Origin: Candidatus Peribacteraceae bacterium
GTDB lineage: Bacteria > Patescibacteriota > Gracilibacteria > Peribacterales > Peribacteraceae
Reading direction: 5' to 3'
DNA: 64,000 nucleotides
Assembly (NCBI GenBank): GCA_030750465.1
Contig: JASMHZ010000002.1
Coordinates: forward strand, 1,948 to 65,947
How positions within the stretch are numbered: the stretch's first letter is position 1; the number at the start of each line of letters is the position of its first letter. A program made the position numbers and the translations under genes. Below the pieces are notes generated by a model. That model saw only the letters and a program-made list of their open reading frames with translations. It did not search any database and was not told the DNA's origin. Below are positions 26,241-35,460 of the stretch, in pieces.

Positions 26241-27590
26241 ATGATAGACAAAACAATCATCGATCGCACCCTCTCCTCACCTCAAGGAGAGTCAGGTTAT
26301 AAAGTGGTTGAAACACTCACTGATGCTGGATTCGACACATGGTGGGTGGGAGGATGTGTAAGAGATATGATGATGGGGGAAGTTCCAGATGATATTGATA
26401 TTGCAACAGAAGCGTTACCCGAGAATATAATCGGGTTGTTTAAAAAAACTGATGAAACTTCAGCAAAATTTGGATCAGTCCTTGTGTCTCTTAAAGGCTC
26501 TGTATTTGAAGTAACTACATTCAGGCAAGATGACACTGCATCTGATGGCAGGCATCCGGAGTCCGTTAAATTTGGAAAGCGTGAGGAAGATTCGGTAAGG
26601 CGCGACTTTACGGTTAACTGCATGTACTTAAATCCTATATCCGGAGATCTGTTCGATCCGCATAAAGGAGAAATTGATTTAAATGAAAGACTTATCAGGT
26701 TTATCGGAGATTCTGAAGAGAGGATTGAACATGATGCACTTAGACTTTTGAGGGCAATAAGGTTTCGAGCTCAAATAGATGGGCAATATCACCCGGAAAC
26801 TTTTGAAGCTTTGCATAAGAAAGCAAAGAACATAAAGGTCCTCTCCGGCACGAGGCGATTTACGGAACTTGAAAAGATGCTTATGGGACCTCATCCAAAT
26901 CGAGCCTTTGAGGATCTGTGGGAAACGGATGTTATTGAGCATCTGGTTCCGGAGCTTCATGCATGCAAGGGCATTGCTCAGCCTGGGACTATGCATGAGG
27001 AGGGAGATGTTTGGGACCACACGTTGGATGTAATTTCTAAATTCACGGAAGACCATGAGGCGGACGTAAGGTGGGCAGCACTGCTTCACGACATTGGGAA
27101 GCCAAAGACATTTTCGATCGAGGCAGATCGAATTCACTTCAATGAACATGCTCCGGTTGGCGGAGATATGTCAAAGGAAGTTTTGGATAGGCTCCAATGT
27201 ACAGCTAAGAGAAGGGACAAGATCGCATGGCTTATAAGCCACCATATGACGATGTCCACGTACGGAGAGATTGATGATAAAAGGAAGGCGCACTGGTACT
27301 TCCATCCATGGTTTATAGAGCTTATACAGCTCTTCTGGCTTGATGCTGCTGGAACTGAACCACAGTGTTTTGATTTGTACGAGTCGATAATTAAGGATTA
27401 CAACCAATTTCTGGACGCCCATCCTCGCCCCAAAAAGCCCATTCTTTCCGGCGATGAGGTTATGGAGATCATGGGAATAGAGCCGGGCGCTCGAGTTGGA
27501 GAGCTATTGGAGAAGTTAAATAAAGCTCAGATCAGCGGTGAAGTTAAGTTGAAGAGAGAAGCTAGAGAGTATCTGAAAAACATCAAATGA
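26241..27590 (+). CDS. cca: CCA-adding enzyme / tRNA nucleotidyltransferase with an HD domain
   Basis: GGCVRDMMMGEVPDDIDIAT head domain, RFRAQ, and HD motif LLHDIGKP. The ORF track lists a TTG at 26232. Confidence 0.88.
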   Translation: MIDKTIIDRTLSSPQGESGYKVVETLTDAGFDTWWVGGCVRDMMMGEVPDDIDIATEALPENIIGLFKKTDETSAKFGSVLVSLKGSVFEVTTFRQDDTASDGRHPESVKFGKREEDSVRRDFTVNCMYLNPISGDLFDPHKGEIDLNERLIRFIGDSEERIEHDALRLLRAIRFRAQIDGQYHPETFEALHKKAKNIKVLSGTRRFTELEKMLMGPHPNRAFEDLWETDVIEHLVPELHACKGIAQPGTMHEEGDVWDHTLDVISKFTEDHEADVRWAALLHDIGKPKTFSIEADRIHFNEHAPVGGDMSKEVLDRLQCTAKRRDKIAWLISHHMTMSTYGEIDDKRKAHWYFHPWFIELIQLFWLDAAGTEPQCFDLYESIIKDYNQFLDAHPRPKKPILSGDEVMEIMGIEPGARVGELLEKLNKAQISGEVKLKREAREYLKNIK

Positions 27591-27612
27591 TGTGCTATAA
27601 TATAGATTATTG

Positions 27613-28590
27613 ATGATTGAACTAATATCAATAGCGGTTCTGTTTGTCCTTCTCTCCGGCTTCTTTGCAATGGTGGAGGCGGCTGTTTTAAACATTTCTC
27701 ATGCTGAGGTTGAGGAGCTTTGTGTTAAGAAGAAGAGCGGAGCTAGGGCATTTAGAACTGTTACGAGAAAGCTCACCAGGTCAGTCATTGTTCTTGTGAT
27801 ATTTACCAACATTGTAAACATTCTTGGGCCGATAATGGTCGGTAAAATGGCAATTGAGCTTTATGGCAACTTTGCGATTGGTGCTGTTACTGCAATTCTG
27901 ACTCTGGCTACAATTGTTTTTTCGGAAATTATTCCAAAATCAATTGGAGCCCATAGGGCGCCGATGATCGGAAGACTTTCGGCTCCGTACATTCTTGCAC
28001 TTACAACAATACTTTATCCTCTTGTATTGCCCTTGGAAAAGCTTACTGAATTCTTTAAGACTGGAAAGAGGGTCATTGGGAGTGAACAGCAGATAAGATC
28101 TTTGGCAAGCATGGGAAGAAAAGCCGGACACATAGAGAGCGACGAAGGCCAGTTGGTTCACAGGGCTTTTCTTTTGAATGATAGAACTGCCGCGGATGTA
28201 ATGACTCCTCTTAAGGACATCATAAGCGTAAGTGAAGCTTCAACAGTTCGAGATGCTGCGGACAAAGTATTTAAAACGCCTTATTCCAGATATCCGATAT
28301 TCGGTTCTTCAGTCAACGAAGTTAAAGGTCTGGCTATGAGCCAGGATGTTCTGGAGGCGATGACCGAAGGCAAGGATAATGAACCAATAATGTCCTTAGC
28401 AGGGGAAGCATTGATTGTGCCTTCTCAAAAACCTTCTGATGAGCTATTGGCGCTATTCAGAGAAAAGTTCATTCACTTAGCGATTGTTCAGGAAGACGGC
28501 CATACAATTGGATTAGTGACTCTTGAAGATGTGTTGGAGGAGCTGGTTGGGGAGATTGAGGATGAGGCGGACGTTGAGGATAACAGTTGA
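27613..28590 (+). CDS. CNNM/DUF21 transmembrane domain plus CBS-pair protein (TlyC/CorC-like)
   Basis: N-terminal 4-TM DUF21 domain, then a tandem CBS region ending LEDVLEELVGEIEDE. Confidence 0.8.
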   Translation: MIELISIAVLFVLLSGFFAMVEAAVLNISHAEVEELCVKKKSGARAFRTVTRKLTRSVIVLVIFTNIVNILGPIMVGKMAIELYGNFAIGAVTAILTLATIVFSEIIPKSIGAHRAPMIGRLSAPYILALTTILYPLVLPLEKLTEFFKTGKRVIGSEQQIRSLASMGRKAGHIESDEGQLVHRAFLLNDRTAADVMTPLKDIISVSEASTVRDAADKVFKTPYSRYPIFGSSVNEVKGLAMSQDVLEAMTEGKDNEPIMSLAGEALIVPSQKPSDELLALFREKFIHLAIVQEDGHTIGLVTLEDVLEELVGEIEDEADVEDNS

Positions 28591-28594
28591 GGGT

Positions 28595-28728
28595 TGACAG
28601 TCGACAATCAACAATCAACACGTCCGCCTAGGCGGACTCTCAACAATCTATAGCTATATATTGGCTGAATTAGTTGATTGTTGAATGTTGAAAGCGAGTC
28701 CCCAAAAGGGACGAGCATGTTGATTGTC
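28595..28728. repeat. CAATCAACA-scaffold composite hairpin element, copy 3
   Basis: CAATCAACAATCAACACG-GTCCGCC TA GGCGGAC-CTCTCAACAAT, plus an inverted unit with the hairpin GTCCC/GGGAC. The right end overlaps the stop codon at 28727-28729. Confidence 0.7.
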
Positions 28729-30604
28729 ATAATAACTCCATCAACCATGGATTCTCTTTTATCATAATCCTTCTTCTTTCCGATTTATCATCATAGAAAA
28801 AATCAGGAAGCACCTCGATGATCTTATTTATCATTGAAACTGAGTGCTCGCGCATTCCTATTGAATTGTAAATAAGTGCTCCGGTTCTAAGTGTTGGTAC
28901 ATGCATTGGATTCTTGTATAACGCTTCGTGAATCAGATCGTCCACAACAGAGCTTTCAAAATCCAGGAAGCGCAAAGATTCATTCCAAGCAGAAAGCAGA
29001 TCTCCGATGCCATCTTTACCTGATGTAAGGAAGGAATGAAGTTTGAGAGTATCGCGGACTGAATCCTGCAAATACCCTCTTCTTTCAACATCGTCAAAAT
29101 TTGCATTGGCAGAAGCAGAGAGCCAGCTTTGTTCAGCAATCATATTCTGTGCGTTGCTTATAAGTACCGATCTATCAAAAGGAAATAGATAAACTGATTT
29201 TTGTCCTGGTTTAAGATAATCATTTAAATATCCTTCATTGAATAGTACATTGGACTGGAATGATCTGAATCTTGCAGCATTCCATTGCGAGTAAGCGATC
29301 ATGCTTACAAGTACAAGAAATGTGCTGACCAGATATATGGCACACTCCAAGCGTGGCTTCTTTGTTTTTCTTACAGGAAGAGTGACCCCAAGCGAGAGCC
29401 CCATTATCATCCAAAAGAATACGTGCGTTACTGCTGTATCGAAGCTAAAGAGCAGACAAATAGAAGCTCCCAATAATGATAGGAATGAAGTGATGACTAT
29501 CGGTTCTTCCCGTCTTTTCCAGAGGGAATGTAAGTGTTTTGTGAGTAATGTGTAGTAGGCAAGGAGTCCGAGAATACCGAGTGTTATCAGCAGATCAAAT
29601 GGTTTGCTATACGCGCGGTCCACAACTGTCTCCAGCGGTTCATATTCGAATATCTCTTTATCTATAAACTTGGGAGAGAAGAGTGCCATGGAGTCCAGTC
29701 CGTATCCAATCGGACGATGAATGGACATGTCCGCAGAAGCATCCCAAATAACAGAGCGCGAACCGAGCCCAATATGCTGGGTTGGAGTGGAAAAGCGCTC
29801 AGAGAATTCCAATACAGCTGATATTAATATAAGGAACAAGGCAATAGACGTTAAACTGAGCAAGATTTTATTGCTGGCTTTGATTTGTTTCTTCCAGTTC
29901 TCTGATCGAACTACTACTATCGCAAATACAATTAAAAATCCAATAAGCGCAGATCTGCTTGCGGTTGTTGCAAGTACAAGCAAGTTAAGAAGACATAGAG
30001 ATGAGAGAATTGCTTTGGGACGATCTTTGGACTCTTGCATTCCTTTATAAGCGAATGGAAGGGTCAGCAATATAAAGAGCCCGAGGAAGTTCGGTTGTCC
30101 CAGAGTCGAGAATGTCCTGCCAAGAAAAGTTGCATCGTCCCAAGCAGTCTTGAACGGATCAATGCCCAGAATTTGAAAAGCTCCGTAAAGTATTACAAGT
30201 GCATTGCTAAGAACTATTGCATTCACCAAATAAGATTGATTTCTTTTTCTTCTAGCAAACGCGAAAGCGGATAATGAAATCGAAAAGAAAACAAAATATG
30301 CCAAAAGACCTTCGAATCTTGGGGAAGAACCAACAAAGCTAAGTAAAGGAGCTTTTGACCAGAGAGGGGAGATTAGAACAATTGCAAAGAATGAGAGGAA
30401 TAATTTACCTGTTTGTGTTTTATAAAGAGGAGCAAGAGACTGCGGTTTCTCTGCGAATGAAATAATCAAAAGTCCTGCAAGTCCCGCGGCTGAGTAGAGG
30501 AGGAGCTTGGGCAGAACAAAGCCGAAAGAAGGAAGTGGGACAAAAATAATTGTCCCCAACACGATCAGAAGGCCGTAAAAACGAATAGCCCAATCCTTAG
30601 TCAT
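28727..30604 (-). CDS. O-antigen ligase/polymerase-like (Wzy_C) membrane protein with a C-terminal soluble domain
   Basis: About 12 TM helices with the ATTASRSALIGFLIV loop typical of Wzy_C. 625 aa. Confidence 0.7.
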   Translation of the reverse strand: MTKDWAIRFYGLLIVLGTIIFVPLPSFGFVLPKLLLYSAAGLAGLLIISFAEKPQSLAPLYKTQTGKLFLSFFAIVLISPLWSKAPLLSFVGSSPRFEGLLAYFVFFSISLSAFAFARRKRNQSYLVNAIVLSNALVILYGAFQILGIDPFKTAWDDATFLGRTFSTLGQPNFLGLFILLTLPFAYKGMQESKDRPKAILSSLCLLNLLVLATTASRSALIGFLIVFAIVVVRSENWKKQIKASNKILLSLTSIALFLILISAVLEFSERFSTPTQHIGLGSRSVIWDASADMSIHRPIGYGLDSMALFSPKFIDKEIFEYEPLETVVDRAYSKPFDLLITLGILGLLAYYTLLTKHLHSLWKRREEPIVITSFLSLLGASICLLFSFDTAVTHVFFWMIMGLSLGVTLPVRKTKKPRLECAIYLVSTFLVLVSMIAYSQWNAARFRSFQSNVLFNEGYLNDYLKPGQKSVYLFPFDRSVLISNAQNMIAEQSWLSASANANFDDVERRGYLQDSVRDTLKLHSFLTSGKDGIGDLLSAWNESLRFLDFESSVVDDLIHEALYKNPMHVPTLRTGALIYNSIGMREHSVSMINKIIEVLPDFFYDDKSERRRIMIKENPWLMELL

Positions 30605-30667
30605 AGGATTGGGGAATATTGTCTCTTATTTTAATTCAATATGCAATTTCTGGTATCATATATATAA

Positions 30668-30680
30668 GGGCCAGTAGCTC
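30668..30680 (+). repeat. exact 13-nt echo of the tRNA-Ile 5' end
   Basis: GGGCCAGTAGCTC is identical to 30756-30768, 88 nt upstream of the gene. Confidence 0.75.
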
Positions 30681-30755
30681 CCACCTTCGCTCTTCGAGCT
30701 TCGGCGGGCTGGAAGTGGAAGCATAAGAGGCTCACAATCTGTATCATTGCAATAC

Positions 30756-30832
30756 GGGCCAGTAGCTCAGTTGGTTAGAGCACCGGACTTATAAACCGGC
30801 GGTCGGTGGTTCAAATCCACCCTGGCCCACCA
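30756..30832 (+). tRNA. tRNA-Ile (anticodon TAT), CCA encoded
   Basis: Acceptor stem GGGCCAG/CTGGCCC, anticodon loop CTTATAA, T-loop TTCAAAT. There is an A31-A39 mismatch at the base of the anticodon stem. Confidence 0.8.
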
Positions 30833-30989
30833 TTCACTTTATGGCTTATATAAGCCATTATCTAAATGTTAGACCCTCTTGTAGAAACATCTACTTCTCC
30901 AATTATCTCATAGTTTTTTGATGGATTTGTGGAAACAAGTTTAGGCATATAAGAATTATATCACTCTAGACACAAACTCCTAGCTATAT

Positions 30990-31577
30990 ATGTATAATGT
31001 GTACATGGTACATAATCATATTTTTGTTATACGTCATGGTGAATCCGAAAATAATATTTTACAAATTGACTCTGCGAAATTAGAGAATAAAGATAAGTTT
31101 GGCTTAACCGATAAAGGCAAAAAGCAAATAGAACTAGAAACTAAGAAATTTACTGATTTTGATCTAATTATCACTTCACCGCTAAGAAGGGCAAAAGAAA
31201 CCGCAATGATATTTGCAAAGACTTCTAAATGCAAAGTCATCGAAAATGATTTACTTTCAGAAGTTGATCACGGTGATTTTGAACTTTGCTCATATGAAGA
31301 AACTGACTCATTTTTAGCAGATCATAATGATGAATCAGTCCCATTTCCAAATGGAGAAAGTCTATTGGATGCAAAGAATAGAACTGTCCAATTCTTAAAG
31401 AAACTAAATCAGAACCATTTAAACAAAAGGATTCTCATCGTTACGCACGGGCACATTGCTCTTTTTATTTTAGAATTGCTCTTGCCAGACTTTAATAGAC
31501 AAGAGGCTATTAAAAATTACAATGATGATAAATCCAGACAGGTTACTGAGATACCTCTTGTAGATACAAGCCCCTAG
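30990..31577 (+). CDS. histidine phosphatase (phosphoglycerate mutase-like) family protein
   Basis: The catalytic VIRHGESENN motif, RRAKETA, and VTHGH. AT-rich gene. Confidence 0.8.
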   Translation: MYNVYMVHNHIFVIRHGESENNILQIDSAKLENKDKFGLTDKGKKQIELETKKFTDFDLIITSPLRRAKETAMIFAKTSKCKVIENDLLSEVDHGDFELCSYEETDSFLADHNDESVPFPNGESLLDAKNRTVQFLKKLNQNHLNKRILIVTHGHIALFILELLLPDFNRQEAIKNYNDDKSRQVTEIPLVDTSP

Positions 31578-31633
31578 CAGCACACTCTTCCAGCTCTCAG
31601 AATCTGATAAATCTCCCTAAGTTCAGAAAACAG

Positions 31634-31649
31634 CCACCCTGGCCCACCA
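31634..31649. repeat. 16-bp direct repeat of the tRNA-Ile 3' end (att-like)
   Basis: CCACCCTGGCCCACCA is identical to 30817-30832. Confidence 0.75.
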
Positions 31650-31653
31650 GAAA

Positions 31654-32142
31654 TTAATAACGTCTCAGAAATTCAATAGCATTATTACAGACTTCAATAT
31701 TTCCAACTACACAGATATCTTGGCAACAAAACGTGAGAGTATCCGATTTTTCACCGCGTAATTCTCCTCCAGTAATCATATACAATCCTGAAGATGCTAT
31801 TCCCTGGACGAAAGGCTCCGGTATCGGAATCGGATTTAAACTAAATCCAATTATTTCATTAGCGCCAATATGCAACGTACAACCTAAATCTTCTCGTATA
31901 GGCTCGCTAAATTTTCGATTACTTTTTACATTTACATCAACGGTGGTCTGTATTGTAGTGTCACGATAATTGCCATTAGAATCTATTGTGCAGTCTCTAT
32001 ATATGTTTGAAATTTCTATCGAGCGCACCTTAACGAACGTAGGTTCGCCAAAGTAGTTGTATGAGACATAAGTTATCCCTGCAACAGAAGCAGATATAAT
32101 TATCAAAATAATTACTAATTTGAGAAATATTTTCATAGTCAT
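31654..32142 (-). CDS. hypothetical membrane-anchored or secreted protein
   Basis: N-terminal TM helix MTMKIFLKLVIILIIISASVAG. No motif recognised. Confidence 0.5.
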   Translation of the reverse strand: MTMKIFLKLVIILIIISASVAGITYVSYNYFGEPTFVKVRSIEISNIYRDCTIDSNGNYRDTTIQTTVDVNVKSNRKFSEPIREDLGCTLHIGANEIIGFSLNPIPIPEPFVQGIASSGLYMITGGELRGEKSDTLTFCCQDICVVGNIEVCNNAIEFLRRY

Positions 32143-32188
32143 ATAATAAAACTACTTGGCTAATCAGGGTAGGGGATTTATGTCTGAA

Positions 32189-32635
32189 TTACTTCTCTTC
32201 TTTAACAACAACCTTCAGTTCCTGCTCTTCCGGTCCGATCTTCAGCTTTACATCAAAATCACCGAGCGCTTTGATGGGCTCGGCGATAATGACCATTGCT
32301 TCGTTTACGTCGATCTTGTGCTCCTTCTTCAGAGCCTCAACAATATGCTTCTCTGTGATAGCAGCATAAAGCTTGCCTGCTTTTGTAACTTTCCTTTCAA
32401 ACTTAAGGCTGAGGCCAGCAAGAGCTTCTGCGGCTCCGGTCTCAAGCTTCTTCTCTAGCTCCTTCTGCTCAGCGCGCCTGCGAATCTCCTCTGCGTAACG
32501 CTTGCGGACTGTTGGAGTGGCGACTATTGCTTTTTGCTGTGGGAGTAAGAAGTTTAGAGCATATCCGTCTCCTACCATTAGTAGGTCGTTTTTCTGGCCG
32601 ACTTTCGGAACATCTTGGAGTAGGAGAACTTCCAT
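32189..32635 (-). CDS. rplI: 50S ribosomal protein L9
   Basis: MEVLLLQDVPKVGQKNDLLMVGDGYALNFLLPQQKA matches the bL9 N-terminal domain. 148 aa. Confidence 0.93.
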   Translation of the reverse strand: MEVLLLQDVPKVGQKNDLLMVGDGYALNFLLPQQKAIVATPTVRKRYAEEIRRRAEQKELEKKLETGAAEALAGLSLKFERKVTKAGKLYAAITEKHIVEALKKEHKIDVNEAMVIIAEPIKALGDFDVKLKIGPEEQELKVVVKEEK

Positions 32636-32788
32636 GGTGGGAAGATTGTTAATGACTGCCTAAAAATAAGGGTAACAGTCATAGAGCCGACAAAGTTTAA
32701 GGAAGTGATGGGGCAGTGTCAAGAGGTGTTTACTCCTCGAGGTTGCTAAATCTTCAGTTTATGGCTTTTGGAAGCTAAAAACTTATTT

Positions 32789-35002
32789 TTACAGTAGTCC
32801 GAACATCCATCTAGGAAAGCTCCACCAGTTTTTACCTGCTTGGAACACCCTTTCTTGCTTTATAAACCAGTTGTGGAGCGTAAGGAACCGGTCTGAATGC
32901 AAAGATAGATTCTTGAGAGCTACACCGCGAACATCCTTGTCGTATGCGAATGTATAAAGAGGGGCATACAGGAATATGGCGGGGACATCGTTCTTCAGTA
33001 CCTCTCGCAGCTCCTCCAGCGAAGTACTTCTCTCGGATTCATTAGAAGTTTGTCTTATAGATTCAAGCAACGTATCTGCTTCGAGAGATGTGTATTGGGA
33101 GAGGTTATAAGCATCTAATCGAAGATCAGATCTCTCGCCCGTGAGCTTTTGCTTCCCGGAACTATGCCAGTATGGATAACTATCCAGATTATCCAAAAGC
33201 GACTGGCCGAAAAGCAGCATGTCGTAATCGCGGCTGAGTAGTTTCTCTTCGAATTTATGTCTGGATTCAGGTATCACGATTGAAACATGGACCCCAAGAG
33301 GCTCCCATTGTTTCTGAATTACCTTCGCAATCTTTTTATATTGCGGTGGATTGGAACTCGTCATCAGGGTTAGCGATAACTTATCGCCTGCTCCGTTTAC
33401 TCTTATGTCATAAGGATCAGTGGAAAGTCTTCTTCTTAACATTCCTTTTTCTCTGTAAAGATCTCTGAATGAGACGCTTAGGTCTACGGCAAGGTCTCCT
33501 TCTCTGGTTTTAATAAATCTCTCAAGTAAATTTTGTTCTTCGTCAGCTCGCTTGAAGTCTTTTGGTTTGTCTGTTCTCCAGAGATAGAAAGAATCAATCG
33601 TTTCACCTTCTGAGTTTTGCAATTTGATTGAATTTGTTCCCAATTTTATACTGCCAGTATTCCCAAGTGTTGGCAGTGAAATAATCCATGCTCCGGACTC
33701 TGTGGGATGATTAACAATGGGAATTGAATTAAGTGTTGATCCAATGGGGGCATCTGCGATACTTCCGGTGATAGTAAGCGCAGCGCCAGTATCCATAAGT
33801 ACAATAGGCTCTATCTTTAGGGCTCCAACTTCATTGGCATCGCGCATTTCCAGAAGATGCTGAAGTCGAACTTTTTCTGGTAGGTGCCAATCAGATTCAA
33901 AAAGCGCTCCTTGAGCAGCTTGCATATCCGATTTATATCTCCAATCTGCTAAATCTATTTCAAGCAGGGGAGTATCAACAATAAGTGATTCGCTAATTTC
34001 ATCAACTATTTCCTGTTTGTTGGTGCCTAATTGCAATCCTGTCCTTAAGAGCTTATCAGAGAGGATAGGACGTTCCATGTTTAGAAACAGTGCAACATAC
34101 TGCGGGAGAGAATATTCGGTAGCAGTAAATTTACGGGGTATGATCGGTTCTCCGCTCTCGTTTCGAGGAACATGACGTACTCCGTCCAAGTTTCTTATGT
34201 CAGATAGAAGTGTTGTGTAATCCGGGAATATTCTAAAAATAATCTGATTAAGGTGGAATATTTCTTCTTTATCTATATCACGCTCGAATCGTTCAAGTGT
34301 TACTTCACTGGACAGCTCAGTTTGAATAAAGCTCTTAAATACGTATGGGCCCGCACCAATGGGGTTGAATCCAAAGTCCAAGGTCTGATCAAGTTTGGAA
34401 ATTGGAATACCTTCAAAAGATCTTTTTGGCAAAATTCCGAGTGTTAAGTTGCTTGGAAAGAAACTGTAGCTTTCAGAAAGTTCGAATCTAATTTTACGGT
34501 CATCTAGTTTTTCCATATCAACTCCAAGGTAGTTTTGTCTAAGGAGTGTATTTGGGAATTCTGGGTCTTGAATTGTTTGGAATGTGAAGATGACATCTTC
34601 CGGTGTTACAAGATGCGGGTTTTCTTTTGTTGAATCATGCCAATGAATATCATCCTTGAGAGTGAGAGTGTAGATTCTGTTGTCGGGACTAACTTCCAGG
34701 GTTGCCAAATCATCTTCAATGAGTTGACTTTCGGGGTTGTATCTAAGAAGTCCGGAAAATACCAGTGATACGATGTCTCTGTTTACATCATTTGTAACCG
34801 AGAACCATGGATTAATTGTTTGCAGCTCGCCAACTGATCCCTCTATGTATGTTCCTCCAAATGCAGGCACAAGGTGTGTGTTGTCCTTCCAGAATTTATA
34901 AAGAAGAACTATGAAGCTAATTGCACAGAGAGCTACTGCGAAGATGAGTATTAATTTGTCCCAGCCTAAATGTGTTTTCCGGTGGATATGAAGCTGATTC
35001 AT
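32789..35002 (-). CDS. family-5 extracellular solute-binding protein (OppA/DppA-like), membrane-anchored, with no adjacent ABC components
   Basis: The block IYTLTLKDDIHWHD...VTPEDVIFTF is typical of SBP_bac_5. N-terminal TM helix. ATG at 35002; TTG at 35074 in the ORF track. Confidence 0.75.
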   Translation of the reverse strand: MNQLHIHRKTHLGWDKLILIFAVALCAISFIVLLYKFWKDNTHLVPAFGGTYIEGSVGELQTINPWFSVTNDVNRDIVSLVFSGLLRYNPESQLIEDDLATLEVSPDNRIYTLTLKDDIHWHDSTKENPHLVTPEDVIFTFQTIQDPEFPNTLLRQNYLGVDMEKLDDRKIRFELSESYSFFPSNLTLGILPKRSFEGIPISKLDQTLDFGFNPIGAGPYVFKSFIQTELSSEVTLERFERDIDKEEIFHLNQIIFRIFPDYTTLLSDIRNLDGVRHVPRNESGEPIIPRKFTATEYSLPQYVALFLNMERPILSDKLLRTGLQLGTNKQEIVDEISESLIVDTPLLEIDLADWRYKSDMQAAQGALFESDWHLPEKVRLQHLLEMRDANEVGALKIEPIVLMDTGAALTITGSIADAPIGSTLNSIPIVNHPTESGAWIISLPTLGNTGSIKLGTNSIKLQNSEGETIDSFYLWRTDKPKDFKRADEEQNLLERFIKTREGDLAVDLSVSFRDLYREKGMLRRRLSTDPYDIRVNGAGDKLSLTLMTSSNPPQYKKIAKVIQKQWEPLGVHVSIVIPESRHKFEEKLLSRDYDMLLFGQSLLDNLDSYPYWHSSGKQKLTGERSDLRLDAYNLSQYTSLEADTLLESIRQTSNESERSTSLEELREVLKNDVPAIFLYAPLYTFAYDKDVRGVALKNLSLHSDRFLTLHNWFIKQERVFQAGKNWWSFPRWMFGLL

Positions 35003-35113
35003 TTTGTGAGGATAGAATAATGGAATATTGGAGTATTGGTAACTTGTTTGTTGCTGAAGATGATATTGAAACAATATCCCAATATTCTATTATTCCAATA
35101 TTCGAATAGGTTA

Positions 35114-35335
35114 TTATCCGATGTACCAAAGCAACACAGGTATAAGTAAAAACACAAAGCTACTCCAAATAGCCAGTCTGAAAAGAAGCTTTTCGGCTCC
35201 TCTTCTTTGAATGTATGTAGTTGCGCCCCCGCCGCCAAATGTAGCAGATAGTCCGGATGCTCTGTGTTGCAAGAGAATGCAGATCATCAGAACCACGGAT
35301 GTGATTGCTTCAATTAAGAGTAAGAGTTTTACCAT
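35114..35335 (-). CDS. secG: preprotein translocase subunit SecG
   Basis: 73 aa with two TM helices and the motif ILLQHRASGLSATFGGGG. Confidence 0.85.
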   Translation of the reverse strand: MVKLLLLIEAITSVVLMICILLQHRASGLSATFGGGGATTYIQRRGAEKLLFRLAIWSSFVFLLIPVLLWYIG

Positions 35336-35460
35336 ATGGGAGGAGTTTAGTAGGGAAGGGGTTTTTGGGCAATCAGATAGGCATGTTTGATGTACATTGT
35401 GACTATTGACAAATATATATAAATATGGTTATATAACCTACTTTAATAAAAGTAATAATT

